Positions 10,616 through 22,900 of a DNA stretch of 64,000 nt are shown here, piece by piece (the stretch's first letter is position 1; each line of letters starts with the position of its first letter). Under the pieces are notes generated by a model. The model was not told where the DNA came from. It saw only the letters and a list, made by a program, of their open reading frames with translations, and did not search any database. Where the stretch lies: assembly GCA_016927065.1 (NCBI GenBank), contig JAFGNJ010000020.1, positions 10,923 to 74,922 on the forward strand, given 5' to 3'. This stretch comes from Deltaproteobacteria bacterium. Its GTDB lineage: Bacteria; Desulfobacterota; B13-G15; RBG-16-54-18. A program made the translations under genes and the position numbers.

Positions 10616-11191
10616 ATGATGAAAAAAAGGGTGCTGTTATTCGTTGCTCTTGCCGTCTGCCTTGTTGCGCTTAATGGTGTACTTGTGGCCGCTGAGGAAT
10701 CGACGATCACTGGCACAGTCCTCGCGCCGATAAAACTTCCCGTTCCCCAAGATCCCACAGCCAAAAACTACCTGGGGCTTACCGAAGAAGGATCGTTCGC
10801 TCTATCGCAGATCAAGGCCCAGGTGGTTATGATTGAAATCTTCAATATGTACTGCAACAACTGTCAGCGGGAGGCACCACGCGTAAATGAGCTCTATCAA
10901 CTGATGAACAAGGATCCAAAGCTAAAGGGGAAGATCAAAATGATAGGAATCGGTGTAGGGAATACCCCCCTTGAGGTCGAGGTATTCAAGAAGACCTACA
11001 AGGTCGCCTTTCCCCTTTTCCCCGACGCGGATTATGCCATCCACAAGATATGCGGCGAGGTGAGGACACCGTATTTCATCGGCGTAAAGATCAAGACAGA
11101 CGGGTCACTCAGAGTTTTTTATACCAAAGAGGGTGGTTTCCAAGACCCCGCCCAATTTCTAAAAATAATAGTTGCTTTATCAGGACTCTAA
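10616..11191 (+). CDS. Secreted thioredoxin-fold (TlpA/ResA-like) thiol-disulfide oxidoreductase
   Basis: It has a signal peptide (MMKKRVLLFVALAVCLVALNG) and a CxxC motif (YCNNCQ) in a redoxin-like context. Confidence 0.5.
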   Translation: MMKKRVLLFVALAVCLVALNGVLVAAEESTITGTVLAPIKLPVPQDPTAKNYLGLTEEGSFALSQIKAQVVMIEIFNMYCNNCQREAPRVNELYQLMNKDPKLKGKIKMIGIGVGNTPLEVEVFKKTYKVAFPLFPDADYAIHKICGEVRTPYFIGVKIKTDGSLRVFYTKEGGFQDPAQFLKIIVALSGL

Positions 11192-11204
11192 GGAGGGCTA
11201 CATC

Positions 11205-11813
11205 ATGCTGCAGAGAAAAAGAATCTATGGCGAACTTGCCATAGGCGCCATTGCCGCCATGTGCTTGGTAACGATGGCCTACGGGGGTTCAGCTACGTTA
11301 AAGGAGAATGTCTACGATGTAGGGGCACTGAAACCTATCGACAGTGTACCCAAGCTCCAGGTCGGAGACAAGGCCCCGGAATTCACCCTCCCCGCGGTCT
11401 CCGGGAAAACGGTGGCACTCGCCCAGTACCGAGACACAAAGAATGTGGTCATCTCATTTGTCCCGGCGGCCTGGACGCCGGTCTGTTCGGAACAGTGGCC
11501 GGGCTACAACATCGCCAAGCCCATCTTTGACCAATATGACGCACAATTGATCGGGATCACCGTGGACAACGTCCCCACGCTCTACGCGTGGACCCATCAG
11601 ATGGGGGGGCTGTGGTTTCCTGCCCTCTCCGACTTTTGGCCCCATGGGGCGGTGGCGGATCAGTACGGTATCTTGCGCTCCGATGGAACATCGGAGCGCG
11701 CCCTCTTCGTCATCGACAAACAGGGGATCATCCGGTACATCGATGTGCACGACATCAACAAAAGGCCGCCTCTCGATGACCTCGTCAGAGAGTTGGAGGA
11801 GCTAAAGAAATAG
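11205..11813 (+). CDS. Peroxiredoxin (AhpC/TSA family) with an N-terminal hydrophobic segment, probably periplasmic
   Basis: It has the FVPAAWTPVCSEQ peroxidatic-Cys motif. The start was moved from 11172 to ATG 11205, which follows an AGGAGG ribosome-binding site. Confidence 0.8.
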   Translation: MLQRKRIYGELAIGAIAAMCLVTMAYGGSATLKENVYDVGALKPIDSVPKLQVGDKAPEFTLPAVSGKTVALAQYRDTKNVVISFVPAAWTPVCSEQWPGYNIAKPIFDQYDAQLIGITVDNVPTLYAWTHQMGGLWFPALSDFWPHGAVADQYGILRSDGTSERALFVIDKQGIIRYIDVHDINKRPPLDDLVRELEELKK

Positions 11814-12035
11814 GATTCTTGTATCGGTGTGCAATGTACGTAATCAGATTTACTAAAATAGTTAATCTGATTATATTATATTAATTCTAGTAACGATAGA
11901 GATAACCTGCATGTGAACAACGAAGCTGTTACATGTCTGCTTCATTGACTTGTTAGGTCCGCCACTAAGTAACAAAAAAGAATCCTATAATCTTATGGAC
12001 GTTTCTTGCCTTGCCCCTTTGGAGATAAATTGAAG

Positions 12036-12602
12036 TTAAACTTTTTCTTTATAATCATCAAATAATGTTGTTACGATGGAGTCTGTTGTTTCTATAAAAT
12101 ATTTTATGCCAAGATTCTTGATTGTTTCATCATCTTCATATCCACATACTGTAGCAAAGGTTAACCCGACTAATTCATTTAAATTATCCTTCAGCTTTTC
12201 AGGTCTAGCATTTCTTAATATTGCAACATACATATCTCTTCGGTTGTTTTGATAATCAATGATTTCCTGAGCTTTGGTTTCGCCTAACTTATGTGTTGCT
12301 AATCCGTGTCTGTGCACCATAACTCTTTCGCTAATAATTTTGTAATCATCATTGATTCCAAAAAATATATAAAGTCCCCATTCAATAGCAAACAAAAGTA
12401 AGCCGCTTAATTCCCACGAAATTCTTTTCTTATCATAGTTCTCTGATAATGATTTATTACAGTCGAATTGTTCTAGTCTATTGGATATGTTTGTTATGAA
12501 AAGCTCTGCGTAATTATCAGGAGTTGGAGTGATCTTTTTCTTCTTCTTGAGTCTTGATAATAATCTCATGAAATATAGCCTTTTAAAAATCAAATATACC
12601 AA
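12036..12602 (-). CDS. Hypothetical membrane-associated protein in low-GC island 1
   Basis: A 188-aa ORF in a roughly 35% GC segment with one predicted TM helix (LSGLLLFAIEWGLYIFFGI). No recognisable family. Confidence 0.4.
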   Translation of the reverse strand: MVYLIFKRLYFMRLLSRLKKKKKITPTPDNYAELFITNISNRLEQFDCNKSLSENYDKKRISWELSGLLLFAIEWGLYIFFGINDDYKIISERVMVHRHGLATHKLGETKAQEIIDYQNNRRDMYVAILRNARPEKLKDNLNELVGLTFATVCGYEDDETIKNLGIKYFIETTDSIVTTLFDDYKEKV

Positions 12603-12795
12603 TATTTCTAAGCACTTACTTTGCGCCGTATGGATTTGGGTATTATTTTACTATTCCTTTCTATGATTGAGCGTGTCAAAAATTACATCGTAATTTATCT
12701 GATCAAAGGTGAAGCCCATTTTTGATCCTATTCACTCCCCAATGACCAAGTCTGAGCTGCGCCCGTCAAGGTCTTCAGGAGAATAAAACGGCGCG

Positions 12796-12822
12796 GTCTG
12801 GCTTCGGCTCCAGGCTTTTTTT
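12796..12822 (+). terminator. Orphan intrinsic-terminator-like hairpin on the plus strand (GUCUGG-8nt-CCAGGC followed by a run of 7 T)
   Basis: A stem-loop plus T-run was read directly from the sequence. There is no plus-strand gene upstream, so it may mark a small unannotated transcript. Confidence 0.3.
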
Positions 12823-12860
12823 GGGCCTTCTTTATCTACCTCTACTATTTAGATAAACCG

Positions 12861-13751
12861 TTAATCGGAACTATCGACAGTGTTAGCAGCGAAACCCCAG
12901 CCAAATCGTATATACTGGCCAAGCGGTTCCCCGATACCCGAAGTATTTGTGTCTCGGATTCCAACGGTAAGTCGCCCGGGCAGAAACATTCCGATAACGA
13001 GGCACATAAAGTCTTGTATAAACTCAAGGCAGTTAGTATAAATTGTTTGCATATACTTCAGAACATCTATTCCCGCAATTCTGGGTACGGTTATTTGCCA
13101 CTGATCAGAGTTTCTCTCGGCCTGATAACTGTACCCGGCTATCGTTTTGAAGTGGTTCAAAGAAGTTCTAAGCGTAATAGCTTGTTTGAGCCATGCTTTT
13201 TGATCATCTCTTATCAACGAAATGATTGAGTCAACTATTTCTGTTTTGGGGTTTTTATCTCCTTTAAACTTCTCAAGACCTTTGATTAGATTCTCGCCCA
13301 TGTCACCAAATGTCTTAGTTTTGAATCTTTTTGGGAAAAGCGCCTCAAGAAATTTTACTGCAAGGTCAAGCGCACTCTTCATCTGGAACATAAAAGCTTC
13401 AAGCTCGAATAGTAGCTCATAAGCTTGCAACGAAATGTGACCATCTGGTCGACACTGTGCCTTCATCTGGCCGATACAAAGTTGCTCATGCTGTTCATAC
13501 CCCTTTAAATGATACTGCATAGCGGAAATCTTGATCATTACATTGAGCAATACAGCAATGAACTTGTCGTGCTCTTTGACTTTAGGATTAAAAAAGTCAA
13601 AGCCGTCGCTGAGCAGCAGCTCTTTGGCTTGATAGTAGAGGCGGCCCATGATCTCGAGATCGAATGGCATCTTTGATAATGCATCAAATTCGGTTTTTCC
13701 GATCTTATCCATTCTTGATCCTATATTGTGGCCCAACAATATTCTAACCAA
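12861..13751 (-). CDS. Hypothetical all-alpha protein in low-GC island 1, with a possible HEPN-like R-x4-H motif (RTSLNH)
   Basis: A 296-aa ORF, AT-rich, with no known domain recognised by eye. The R-x4-H motif is near a predicted C-terminal helix. Confidence 0.4.
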   Translation of the reverse strand: MVRILLGHNIGSRMDKIGKTEFDALSKMPFDLEIMGRLYYQAKELLLSDGFDFFNPKVKEHDKFIAVLLNVMIKISAMQYHLKGYEQHEQLCIGQMKAQCRPDGHISLQAYELLFELEAFMFQMKSALDLAVKFLEALFPKRFKTKTFGDMGENLIKGLEKFKGDKNPKTEIVDSIISLIRDDQKAWLKQAITLRTSLNHFKTIAGYSYQAERNSDQWQITVPRIAGIDVLKYMQTIYTNCLEFIQDFMCLVIGMFLPGRLTVGIRDTNTSGIGEPLGQYIRFGWGFAANTVDSSD

Positions 13752-13914
13752 ATAAACAAATAATTCCAGAAGGAAAATCTGCTTGGCTGCCGTAATTAGT
13801 CCATAATATCATATTATACAGAACCCGTATATCATAGGCAGGAACTTATAGGGGAGAGGCACAAAAAGGTTCAGGCCTTAAAAGATGGCTCAAGCCTACT
13901 AGCCTCTCCCCGCT

Positions 13915-16900
13915 TTACTGGGGCTTCCCCATGTGTACGAGGACCCGATGTTTGATAAAGTCCCGATCCAGTGGGATCACCCTATCCCGTACACGCCGAC
14001 CGTCCAGCTCCACCCACGCAACGCCCCGCTCATAGCCTTCCGGGTTCTCGACCCTGATCTCGTATATCGCTTCGCCGTGACGATAGCGCAGGCTGAAACC
14101 CTCCCACCAGCCGGGGATGACCGGATTTACCTGCATGCGATCCCCCCGCACCTGCAAGCCCAGGATCTCTTCAACCCAGGCTCGGTACATCCACGCAGAG
14201 GCACCCGTATACCACGACCAACCACCGTGACCGATCCTCCCGGGCAATCGGTATACATCAGCCGCGATCACGTAGGGCTCGATCCCGTAGCGCCAGACTG
14301 TTTCCGGATCACGCGCCCGCTCGATCGGGTTAAGCATGCGCATCATTTTCACCGCACGCTCACCATCCCCTCGACGCGCCATGGCCATGGCGAACCACAG
14401 GGCGGCGTGAGTGTACTGGCCTCCGTTCTCGCGCACCCCCGGCGGGTACCCCTTGATGTAGCCGGGTGACGGCTCCGATTTGTCGAAAGGAGGTTCGAGG
14501 AGCAGCACGAGACCTTCATCCTCGCGAACGAGATGTCTCCATGCCGATTCCAAGGCACTCTTTGCACGATCCGTGTCGGCGGCGCCGCTCAGCCACGCCC
14601 AGGATTGGGGCAGGGAATCGATCTTCGCCTCTTCATTCGCCGAAGAGCCAAGCGGCGTGCCATCGTCGAAGATCGCCCGCAGATACCATTCCCCATCCCA
14701 GGCTTTTTGTTCGACAAGCTTAATCAGCGCCTTCCGTTTTTGCTGATAGGTCTTACGCAGATCCGGCCGATCCAGGAGGTCAGCCATCTCGACCATGCCC
14801 TGCAGCACATCCGCCAGGAACCACGCCAGCCACACGCTCTCCCCTTTGCCCCCGGCACCCACAAGGTTCATCCCATCGTTCCAGTCTCCCGTTCCCATCA
14901 GGGGCAACCCGGTGGGCCCAACAGTCAGCCCGCGCGAGACCGCTCGCTCGCAGTGCTCAAACAGCGTACCGCGTTCCCGCGCGATCTCCGGTGTGGAGAG
15001 GGCTTCTCGCTGATCTGCTTCCAACAGAGGAGCGTTGAGGAAGGGAACCGTCGTATGCAGGATGCCCACATCACCGGTGATCCTGATGTAGTGAGCGACG
15101 ACGTAGGGAAGCCATAGGGGATCATCGGAGATCCGCGAGCGGATACCTGCGCCGTTCGGTGGATGCCACCAGTGCTGGACATCGCCTTCCTTGAACTGGC
15201 GGCTCGCCGCAAACAGGATGTGCTCTCGCGCCAGGTCGGGATACGCGTAGACGAAAGCCATGACGTCCTGCAATTGATCGCGGAAGCCGAACGCGCCGCC
15301 GGGCTGGTAAAAGGCGGAACGCCCCCAGATCCGGCAGCTCAGACTTTGGTACAGCAACCAGCGGTTGATGAGGAAGTCCGCTGCGAGCTCGGGGGTATGG
15401 ACTTCGATCGTGCCCAACAGGTCATCCCACCAGGCTTTCATTTTGCTTAGAGAGGTTTCGAACGCCGAGCTTTTCCGGTAGGTTTGAACCAGCTTATGGA
15501 CCTCCTCCGCTGATCCGGCCTGGCCCACCATGCACGTAATCTCAACCTTCTCACCGGGAGCCAGTTCGACCCTGACCTGCAGCGCGGCACAGGGGTCCAA
15601 TCCCGCTCCCGTCCGCAGTGAAAGCCTGATCCGCTCCATCGCCACGGGGTTCGCCATCGAGCGATTGCGCCCCAGGAAGGATGTGCGGTCGCCGTTGTAT
15701 GACTCCACAGGCGGGCTGATGGCCGCGAAGGCCACACGATCCCCATACTCGGGGTGGTAACGATTTCTGGCAAGCAGGGCCTGCGCTTCGTCATCCCAGG
15801 TGGTCACGACGTGCATCTGAGAAGACTCACGGTTCTCCCCCAGTGTCCACTCTACGTAATACGTAACAGACAGTTTGCGATGCCGAGCGGAGTCGTTTCT
15901 CAGCCGCAGCCGCTGCAGTTTGATCGGCTCTCCCCCTTGCTCGTCTACGGGAACGAAGACCAAGAGCTCCTGCTCGATCCCATTGCTATTATGCTCGAAT
16001 GCCGTGTACCCTGCCCCGTGCCGTGTCCGATAGGGGGTCTTTTCGCGGATCGGCGTCGGGGTCGGTGTCCAGTAGACACCGCTCTCCTCATCCCGAATGT
16101 ACAACGCCTCAGACGGTGGATCCATCACGGAGTCGTTCGACCATGGCGTCAGGCGATTGCGCTGGCTGTTGCCATACCAGGTAAAGCCGGCCCCTGTTTC
16201 GCTGAGTACTGTTCCGAAAGTCGGGTTGGCGATGACGTTTACCCAGGGCGCGGGCGTGTGGGTGTCTGGTCCGAAATAGATTGCGTATTCACGCCCGTCC
16301 GGGGTAAACCCACCCAGGCTATTGAAGTAGGGTAATTCCAGGAAGGGCAGCGCAGGCGAAGGCTCCCGGGGGGCACGCTTCTTGACCATGGGTTCCGGCA
16401 TCTCGGGAGCCTCCGCAGGCATACCCAATTGCTGGGGCAATGTGCCGCGGGCCGCCACCAACTCCACACTCGCCGCTGCCCTGAGCAGCGTCAGATCTTC
16501 CTCAGGCATAAGATCAGCGCTACGCACGTAGACACCACCAGACTGATCGATCCCCGCGTGCATCGCATGCGTCTGGATGAGGTGCTCGAGTCGTTCGCGC
16601 AGGGGCTGTTCATAACCGCTCGCTTCCTCATTGAGGATCACTAAGTCTGCCATTAATCCGTGATTATGCCAATAGGCATGCGCCTGGAGCATTTGACGAA
16701 CCAGGGTGATGTCCTGCGCTTCACCGATGGTGACCAGGGCGATCGGCACGTCGCCCGAGATTCCGTAGGGCCACAATCCGGCTTGGCCCTTGCAATTCTT
16801 TTCGATGCATTCAATGGGAGGCCGCAGGCTGGGATTGGGAAACAGCAAGTGGCTTGTCAGCTGCTGGAAGCGGCGGGCCTCGTCGGGCTGGATACGAAGC

Positions 16901-19900
16901 AGCCGCAACTCGAGTTGGGCGGAGGCCCAGGCGACATCCATCGCCCGATCGATCGGAGGGAGTTCTCCGTACTTGTCCATCAGTCTCAAGACCTGCTGGC
17001 GTGTTTCGCCGGCGGCGATAACTAGGGAAACCTGGATGCGCCGGCCCGGACCGAGAGTCACGCTCCGCCGCAGGCTGAGGATCGGGTCGAGAACAAAACC
17101 CTGGTTGCTACCGAGCTCTTGAAAGACACCCATGGGACTGGCGAGCGTCCTCCCGCGTCCGATGAACCGCCGCCGGTCGGTATCGAACTGCAAGGCGTTA
17201 TCCTCGACTTGTTCGAGCGTGAAGCGGTGCGCAATATAGATGGGCGGGTCGTCATCTCCGCGAGGCCTGCGGCACGCGAGAAGCGCCTGATATTCGGGCA
17301 CCGCTTCGGTCTGGATGAACAGCTTGTTAAAGGCCGGATGCTGCCGGTCAGCGTTGTGCGGCGCCATTGAGAGTTCGACGTAGCTTGTGAGCTCGAGGCG
17401 GCGGGTGCGAACGGACCGGTTGATCAGAGTGATCCGCCGGATCTCAACGTCATCTTCCGGCGAGACGATGACCTCGGTTTCGGTTTGAATGCCGCTATCG
17501 GTGCGTCGGAACACGGCACGATCGAGCGCAAAGTTGGCGGAATACGCCTCGACCTTCCCGCCGGTTGGATGATACGTATTGGACCACAAACGATCCGAAT
17601 CGGCTTCATGGATATAGCAGAAGGTTCCCCACGGATCCCGCGTCCGATCAGATCTCCAGCGGGTAATCTCATAGTCTCTCCACCGGCTGTACCCGCCGCC
17701 GGCGTTCGTGAGCATCAGGTTATAGCTACCATTACTCAGCAGTTGGGTTTTGGGTGTAGCGGTGTGTGGCGTATCGAATTTGCTCACTGACGGCACCACT
17801 TCGCCGACGTCCGTCACCGAAGGCGCCCTCTCACGGGTGGTGATGTGGTGGAGCGGAGGAAGGACAGGGATGCGTTCATGGAGCAATGGCTCGACCGCAC
17901 GCACGCGTGCGTCGGCATGAAAACGGCGTTGGATGATATTACCATGGATGAAGTTGGTCAGCGACAGAAAACTCATTCCTTGATGATTAGTCATATACGC
18001 TCGTACCATCACCCCGCGCTCGCCCGGGCGGCCCGGCTGCCGGCTGAAGTCCATCGCTTCGTAATAGCCGTAATCGTTCAAAAGCCCCAACTTAGCTAAG
18101 CGTTTCAGATTCTGCACGGTCTCTCTCGGTGCTATATTCACCGCCAGAAGAGTAGCATAGGGTGCTACGACAACCTCCTCCAAGCCGCGTTTTAATCCGA
18201 GCTCCGGCACACCGAACGCCTTGTATTGATACGTCTTGTTGATGTCCAGGTCTCCAAAGGCGGACTCCGAGATCCCCCACGGCACATGGAGCTTGCGACC
18301 GTAGGCGATGTGGATCGCCACAGCTTCCCGTGTTGCTTTATCCAGGAGTGAATTCCAGTACGTTTTTTGTAAAATGAGCGGCATGAGATATTCGAACATG
18401 CTTCCTGTCCAGCTGAGCAGCACCCGGTGCCGGCCGATCGCGCCGTAGGGCCGGCTCATTGAGAACCAATGCTCAGCGGAGACGTCACCGCGCGCAATGG
18501 CGACAAAACTCCCAAGCCGCGCCTCACTCGCCAGGAGATCGTAATAGGCGCTATCCAAGCGCCCGTCGGAAACATTGTAGCCGACGGAGAACAACCGGCG
18601 TTCGGAGTCATACAGGAAGGGCATGTTGATCGATTCGGACAGTTCGCGTCCATCCTGGACCAGGCGCTCGCCCAAAGCAAGCATTTCACCCGCCAACCAT
18701 TGCGCCTTTGCAAAGGCCTGCAGAAGGCGGCTAATCCACTCGAAGAGGGGGCCTGTTTCCGAGGGAGAAAAGTCCCGAATCGATTGCAGGGTCTGTATAC
18801 AGCCTATATGCCCTTTGGCGAGATCGCGAAGCGACGGCGCGTGATACAGATTCTCGCGCAACGCGAGCACGGCCTCCCTGCCCAGCAAGGCGATCTCATC
18901 TTCCGCTTTTTCATCAATGATTTCGATCCAGGCGAGGTAGCGATCCACAATCTCGCGCCAGGCCAATACCTGTTTCTCCATCTGCCCGGCCCAATAGGCC
19001 GCACGCGATTCACCTCCGGTTTCACCGTCTGTTTCACCTCGGGTTCCCCCTCCGGGTTCCCCAGAGGGTCCGCCGGAGGCGGACTTACGTTTCTTACGGT
19101 AAAGACCTTTTATGCTGTCTTCTAGTTGCCGCAGCAGGCGCAGCGCATCGGCGATGCGATCCGGTGGATTTTCACAACTACGCATCAGTTCGTCAAGGCG
19201 GCGGGCATTGAGAGCGGAAACGCCTTCCTCTTCGACGACCTGCTTCAAGATTTCACCGGTGTCCCGCAGACCTGCAAAGGCTTTCGCATCCAGCATGGGG
19301 TCTTGCATCAAGTCGTCAAGACCTTGCTCCAGGGCCCAGAGGGCGCCAAGCAGGTTTCCACTGTCCACCATGGATACGTAGCGAGGTTCGAGAGGGGTCA
19401 GGGTTTTAATATCGTACCAATTCAACAGATGACCCTCATAGCGCTCGAGTTTGCCGATCGTCTCCATAGTACGCGTCAACTTTTCGATGGCCTGATCCAT
19501 CGTCAGATATCCGAAATCATGGGCGGCGAGCGCGCTGACCATCCAGAAACCGATGTTGGTTGGACTGGTACGCATCGCTAGTTGATTCTTATGGGAGAAC
19601 TGGTAATTGTCCGGCGGAAGCCAAGAGGTGTTTTCTCCGACAAAATCAGAGAAATACCGCCAGGTTCGTCGTGCAACCTTTCTCAGGAACCGCACATCCT
19701 TTTCGGGAAACAGTAATCGCTGTGACCTCGCGTGCGGTCTGAGGGTCAAGAGCCAACCGATCAGAGGGGATAAGAACCACAATACGAGCCAGGGACCGGC
19801 CAGGAAAATGTTCGACGGCATCCAGCGCTGCACCGCCCAACCCATGATCACGCTGAAGATGCTCGCTAGGCCCAGCAACATCACGAACGTCTGCACTCGA

Positions 19901-22900
19901 TCCGGGGCATTTCCATGCATCACCTGGGTTGACGTCCACTCGAGCAACCCTCGATGAGAGATAAGACGACGATACCAGACCCGCAGAATGGCATCCATCG
20001 CCAGCCAGGCCTGGCGCGGAAGCAGTGCAGCTTCGACAATCGCCCGCAGCAGGTCGTGCGCCAATCGTAAGAAGGAAAAGCCCCGTGGCCCCTGGCCGGT
20101 GGTCGCCCATATGAAGGGCTGAACTAAGGGGTGAAAGAGCAGCTGCATGGCGACCACAACGGCAGATATCCACACCATCTCAGAGGAAGTCAGCCAGGAC
20201 GCTATCAGTAAGCCCAGACTGGTCGCAGGTACCAGGCTACGGCGCAAGTTGTCGAAGACCTTCCAGCGGTCGAACCAGGAGAGCGGGTTTGGTCCTCGGC
20301 CTCCTCCGGGCAGGGGAACGCGCGGCAAAATCCAATCCGCAATTTGCCAATCACCGCGAATCCAACGATGCTGCCGGCTGGTGTAGCTCATGTAATCCTG
20401 CGGGAACTCATCATAGAGCTCGATATCACTGGCGAGGCCCACGCGAACATGAGCACCTTCGATCAAATCATGACTGAGCAATTGCTCTTCGGGAAACGTG
20501 CCGGAAAGCACTCGACTGAAGACACGCACGTCATAGATGCCTTTGCCATGATAGGAGCCTTCGCCAGTGAGATCCTGATTGACGTCGGAAACAGCCTTGG
20601 TATAGGGGTCGATTCCGATTGGGTCCGAGAAGAGCCGGCTGAATGGCGTGGCGCTCGTACTCGGCAGGGAGGGGCTCACGCGCGGTTGGATGATCGCATA
20701 GGAGCCGGCCAGGATGCCACCTTTGTCATCGAAGCGCGGCAGGTTGAGCGGGTGGGCCAGGGTTTCAACCATCCTGCGGGCGGTGTCGTGCGGTAGCTGC
20801 GTGTCGCTGTCCAACGTGATGACAAATCTCACATCGGACAGGCGATCCGGGTCGCCGACGTACACCAACCGATTGGCATCTTCAGGCCGCGTTCCATCAA
20901 TCAGACGATTGAGTTCTTCCAGTTTCCCGCGTTTACGCTCCCACCCGATAAATTTCTGTTCGGATTCACTCCATTTTCGCTCTCGATGGAAAAGGGAAAA
21001 ACGTTCGCCGCCATACCGGTTATTGAGGGCTTCGATGCTTTCGATCGTCGCTTGGAGCAGGTGTTCGTCCTCCTCGCCATGCGCTTGCTTTGAATCCGCA
21101 TAATCCGAGAAGAGGCCAAAGAATACATTGTTTTCTTTGTTAGTGAGATATCTGAGCTCGAGCTTTTCCGCCTCGGCCCGGATAGTCTCCGCATCAACCA
21201 ACAGCATGGGCACAACGACGAGCGTTCGAAATTCATCAGGAATCCCCGAGTCCTCGAAATTCATCTTCGGAAGCGTGCGCGGCGGAAGTAACTGCGTGAC
21301 CAGGTAATTCACAACCTCGAGCGAAAGCTGGCTAATCGGAATCAGCAAAAGAAGCGCTAGCAAAAGCCGGATCACGGGTGTCTGCCCGCGCATACCAAGC
21401 AAAACGATCAGGGAGATGAATACCGCGGTAAAAAAGCCGAGCCCAAGAAAGTACACTGCAGCATGATGGCGGTAGACCCATTGCACAACGCGGAACCGGG
21501 GCGCCTCGCGACATCGTATGAGCTGCGCCAGCTCGTGTCTTCCTTCTCCAACCAGATATGTCCCGACATGGATACGCCGTTCATCCTTCACCCCTTTATG
21601 GGCCGCGCGCGTCGCTAGGTCAATGGCGCGCTGGGCGACTCGTTCTTCCGCCTGGCCTGACCTGCGGGCGAGTTCTTCAATCGTCCTACGATACCGATCT
21701 CGCGTGTCGAAATCCATCCGGGGATAGACTCCCGAAGGGTCCATCCGAAGCAACTGCTCCACTCGACTGATCTGTTCGAATATCTTCCTCCAATCCAACA
21801 GGGCGAGTTGTCGCAAACTGGTGAACGCATTCCCGATCGATATCTGATCCTTCATCTGGCGGTTTTGCTCACGAAGGTTGAGATCGCCCAGGGATTTTCG
21901 AAACATACGCTCGAGCCATGCCTTGACCGGCACCAGCGCGGCTTCTTGATCGTAGAGGTTATCGATCAGTTGAAGACTGAAATAGGGACTCGGCTTGGGT
22001 TGCGATTCGGCAAGTTCGGCAAGGATCGAAAGGATTGAGAAAGGCTGGTTGGGGTCTCGCCGATTGGCCGTAATGAGCCTGTTTGCCCAGAAGTCGGCAA
22101 TCTCACGTTCTCGCAGCTCTGTCAGGGCTCTTTCGGCGAGATACAAGAGGCCCTCGACCAATGCCGCGCGCAGCATCTGGGGGACGGCCCAGAGTTCGCC
22201 AATCGACAATGGGCCGACTGATTGATAGGCCTTGATGAACGCGAGGATGTTCTCCCTATCCAGACGCAAGTCCGCATGTGAGACCAGTTCCCGTGCGAGG
22301 CCGTAGATGCGCGGCAGACCACGGTAGGGCCCGCTGGCCAGTGCCGGCAGCTCCTGGTAATAGCGCCGGGGAAGGTTCAACTGCACTTCGCGCACGTTAC
22401 TCTCGATGATGTACTCATTGTCGAGGAGCCACTCGGTGGTTGGAGGCGTACTCTGACCCAGTCGACTCGCTTCGGACAGATCCAGGCAAACACGATGGAT
22501 CCATCGCCGGGTTTGTTCGAGCCACTTGAGCAGTTTGATGTTCCGCCGGGGATTCGTGCTCACCTGATGGTCCTTGGCGAGGCGCTCAGCATACTCCTGG
22601 ATCTGTACCCCAGAGAGCGGACTCTCGAGGCTCGCCGCCTCTCCGATGAAATCCTCTCGCTTCGGATGCAGAAAAAATATGGCGGGCGGGATCTCGTCGC
22701 TTTCCTGCAACACTGCCATGGGGGAGCGCAATGTTTCGATCGGTGCCCGGAGAATCAGGACGGTCTCCTCGGATACCAACCAGCGCGCATGATCCTCGAG
22801 CAGCCTTCGTTCGACGCCGAACCTCGATCGTCGTATCCATGCCACACTGAAGAAGATTCCGGCGATCCCACCCGCAAGGCCCGGAATCAGGGTAGACAGG

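Noticed and set aside
10434-10619. 61-aa ORF in the intergenic region before the TlpA-like gene, plus a CCCCCC-ttagaaaa-GGGGGG hairpin at about 10544-10563
   Set aside because: The ORF has no ribosome-binding site and no sensible composition. The hairpin lacks a T-run and is probably a 5'-UTR structure, and I could not match it to a riboswitch class.
13933-22225. Numerous plus-strand ORFs of 60-235 aa inside the glucan-synthase gene (for example 13933-14469, 14533-15117, 15754-16335, 18469-19125, 22495-23202)
   Set aside because: They lie antisense to or out of frame with a 9.2-kb ORF that has strong domain signatures. Such shadow ORFs are expected at high GC. Their products are low-complexity Arg/Pro/Ser-rich.
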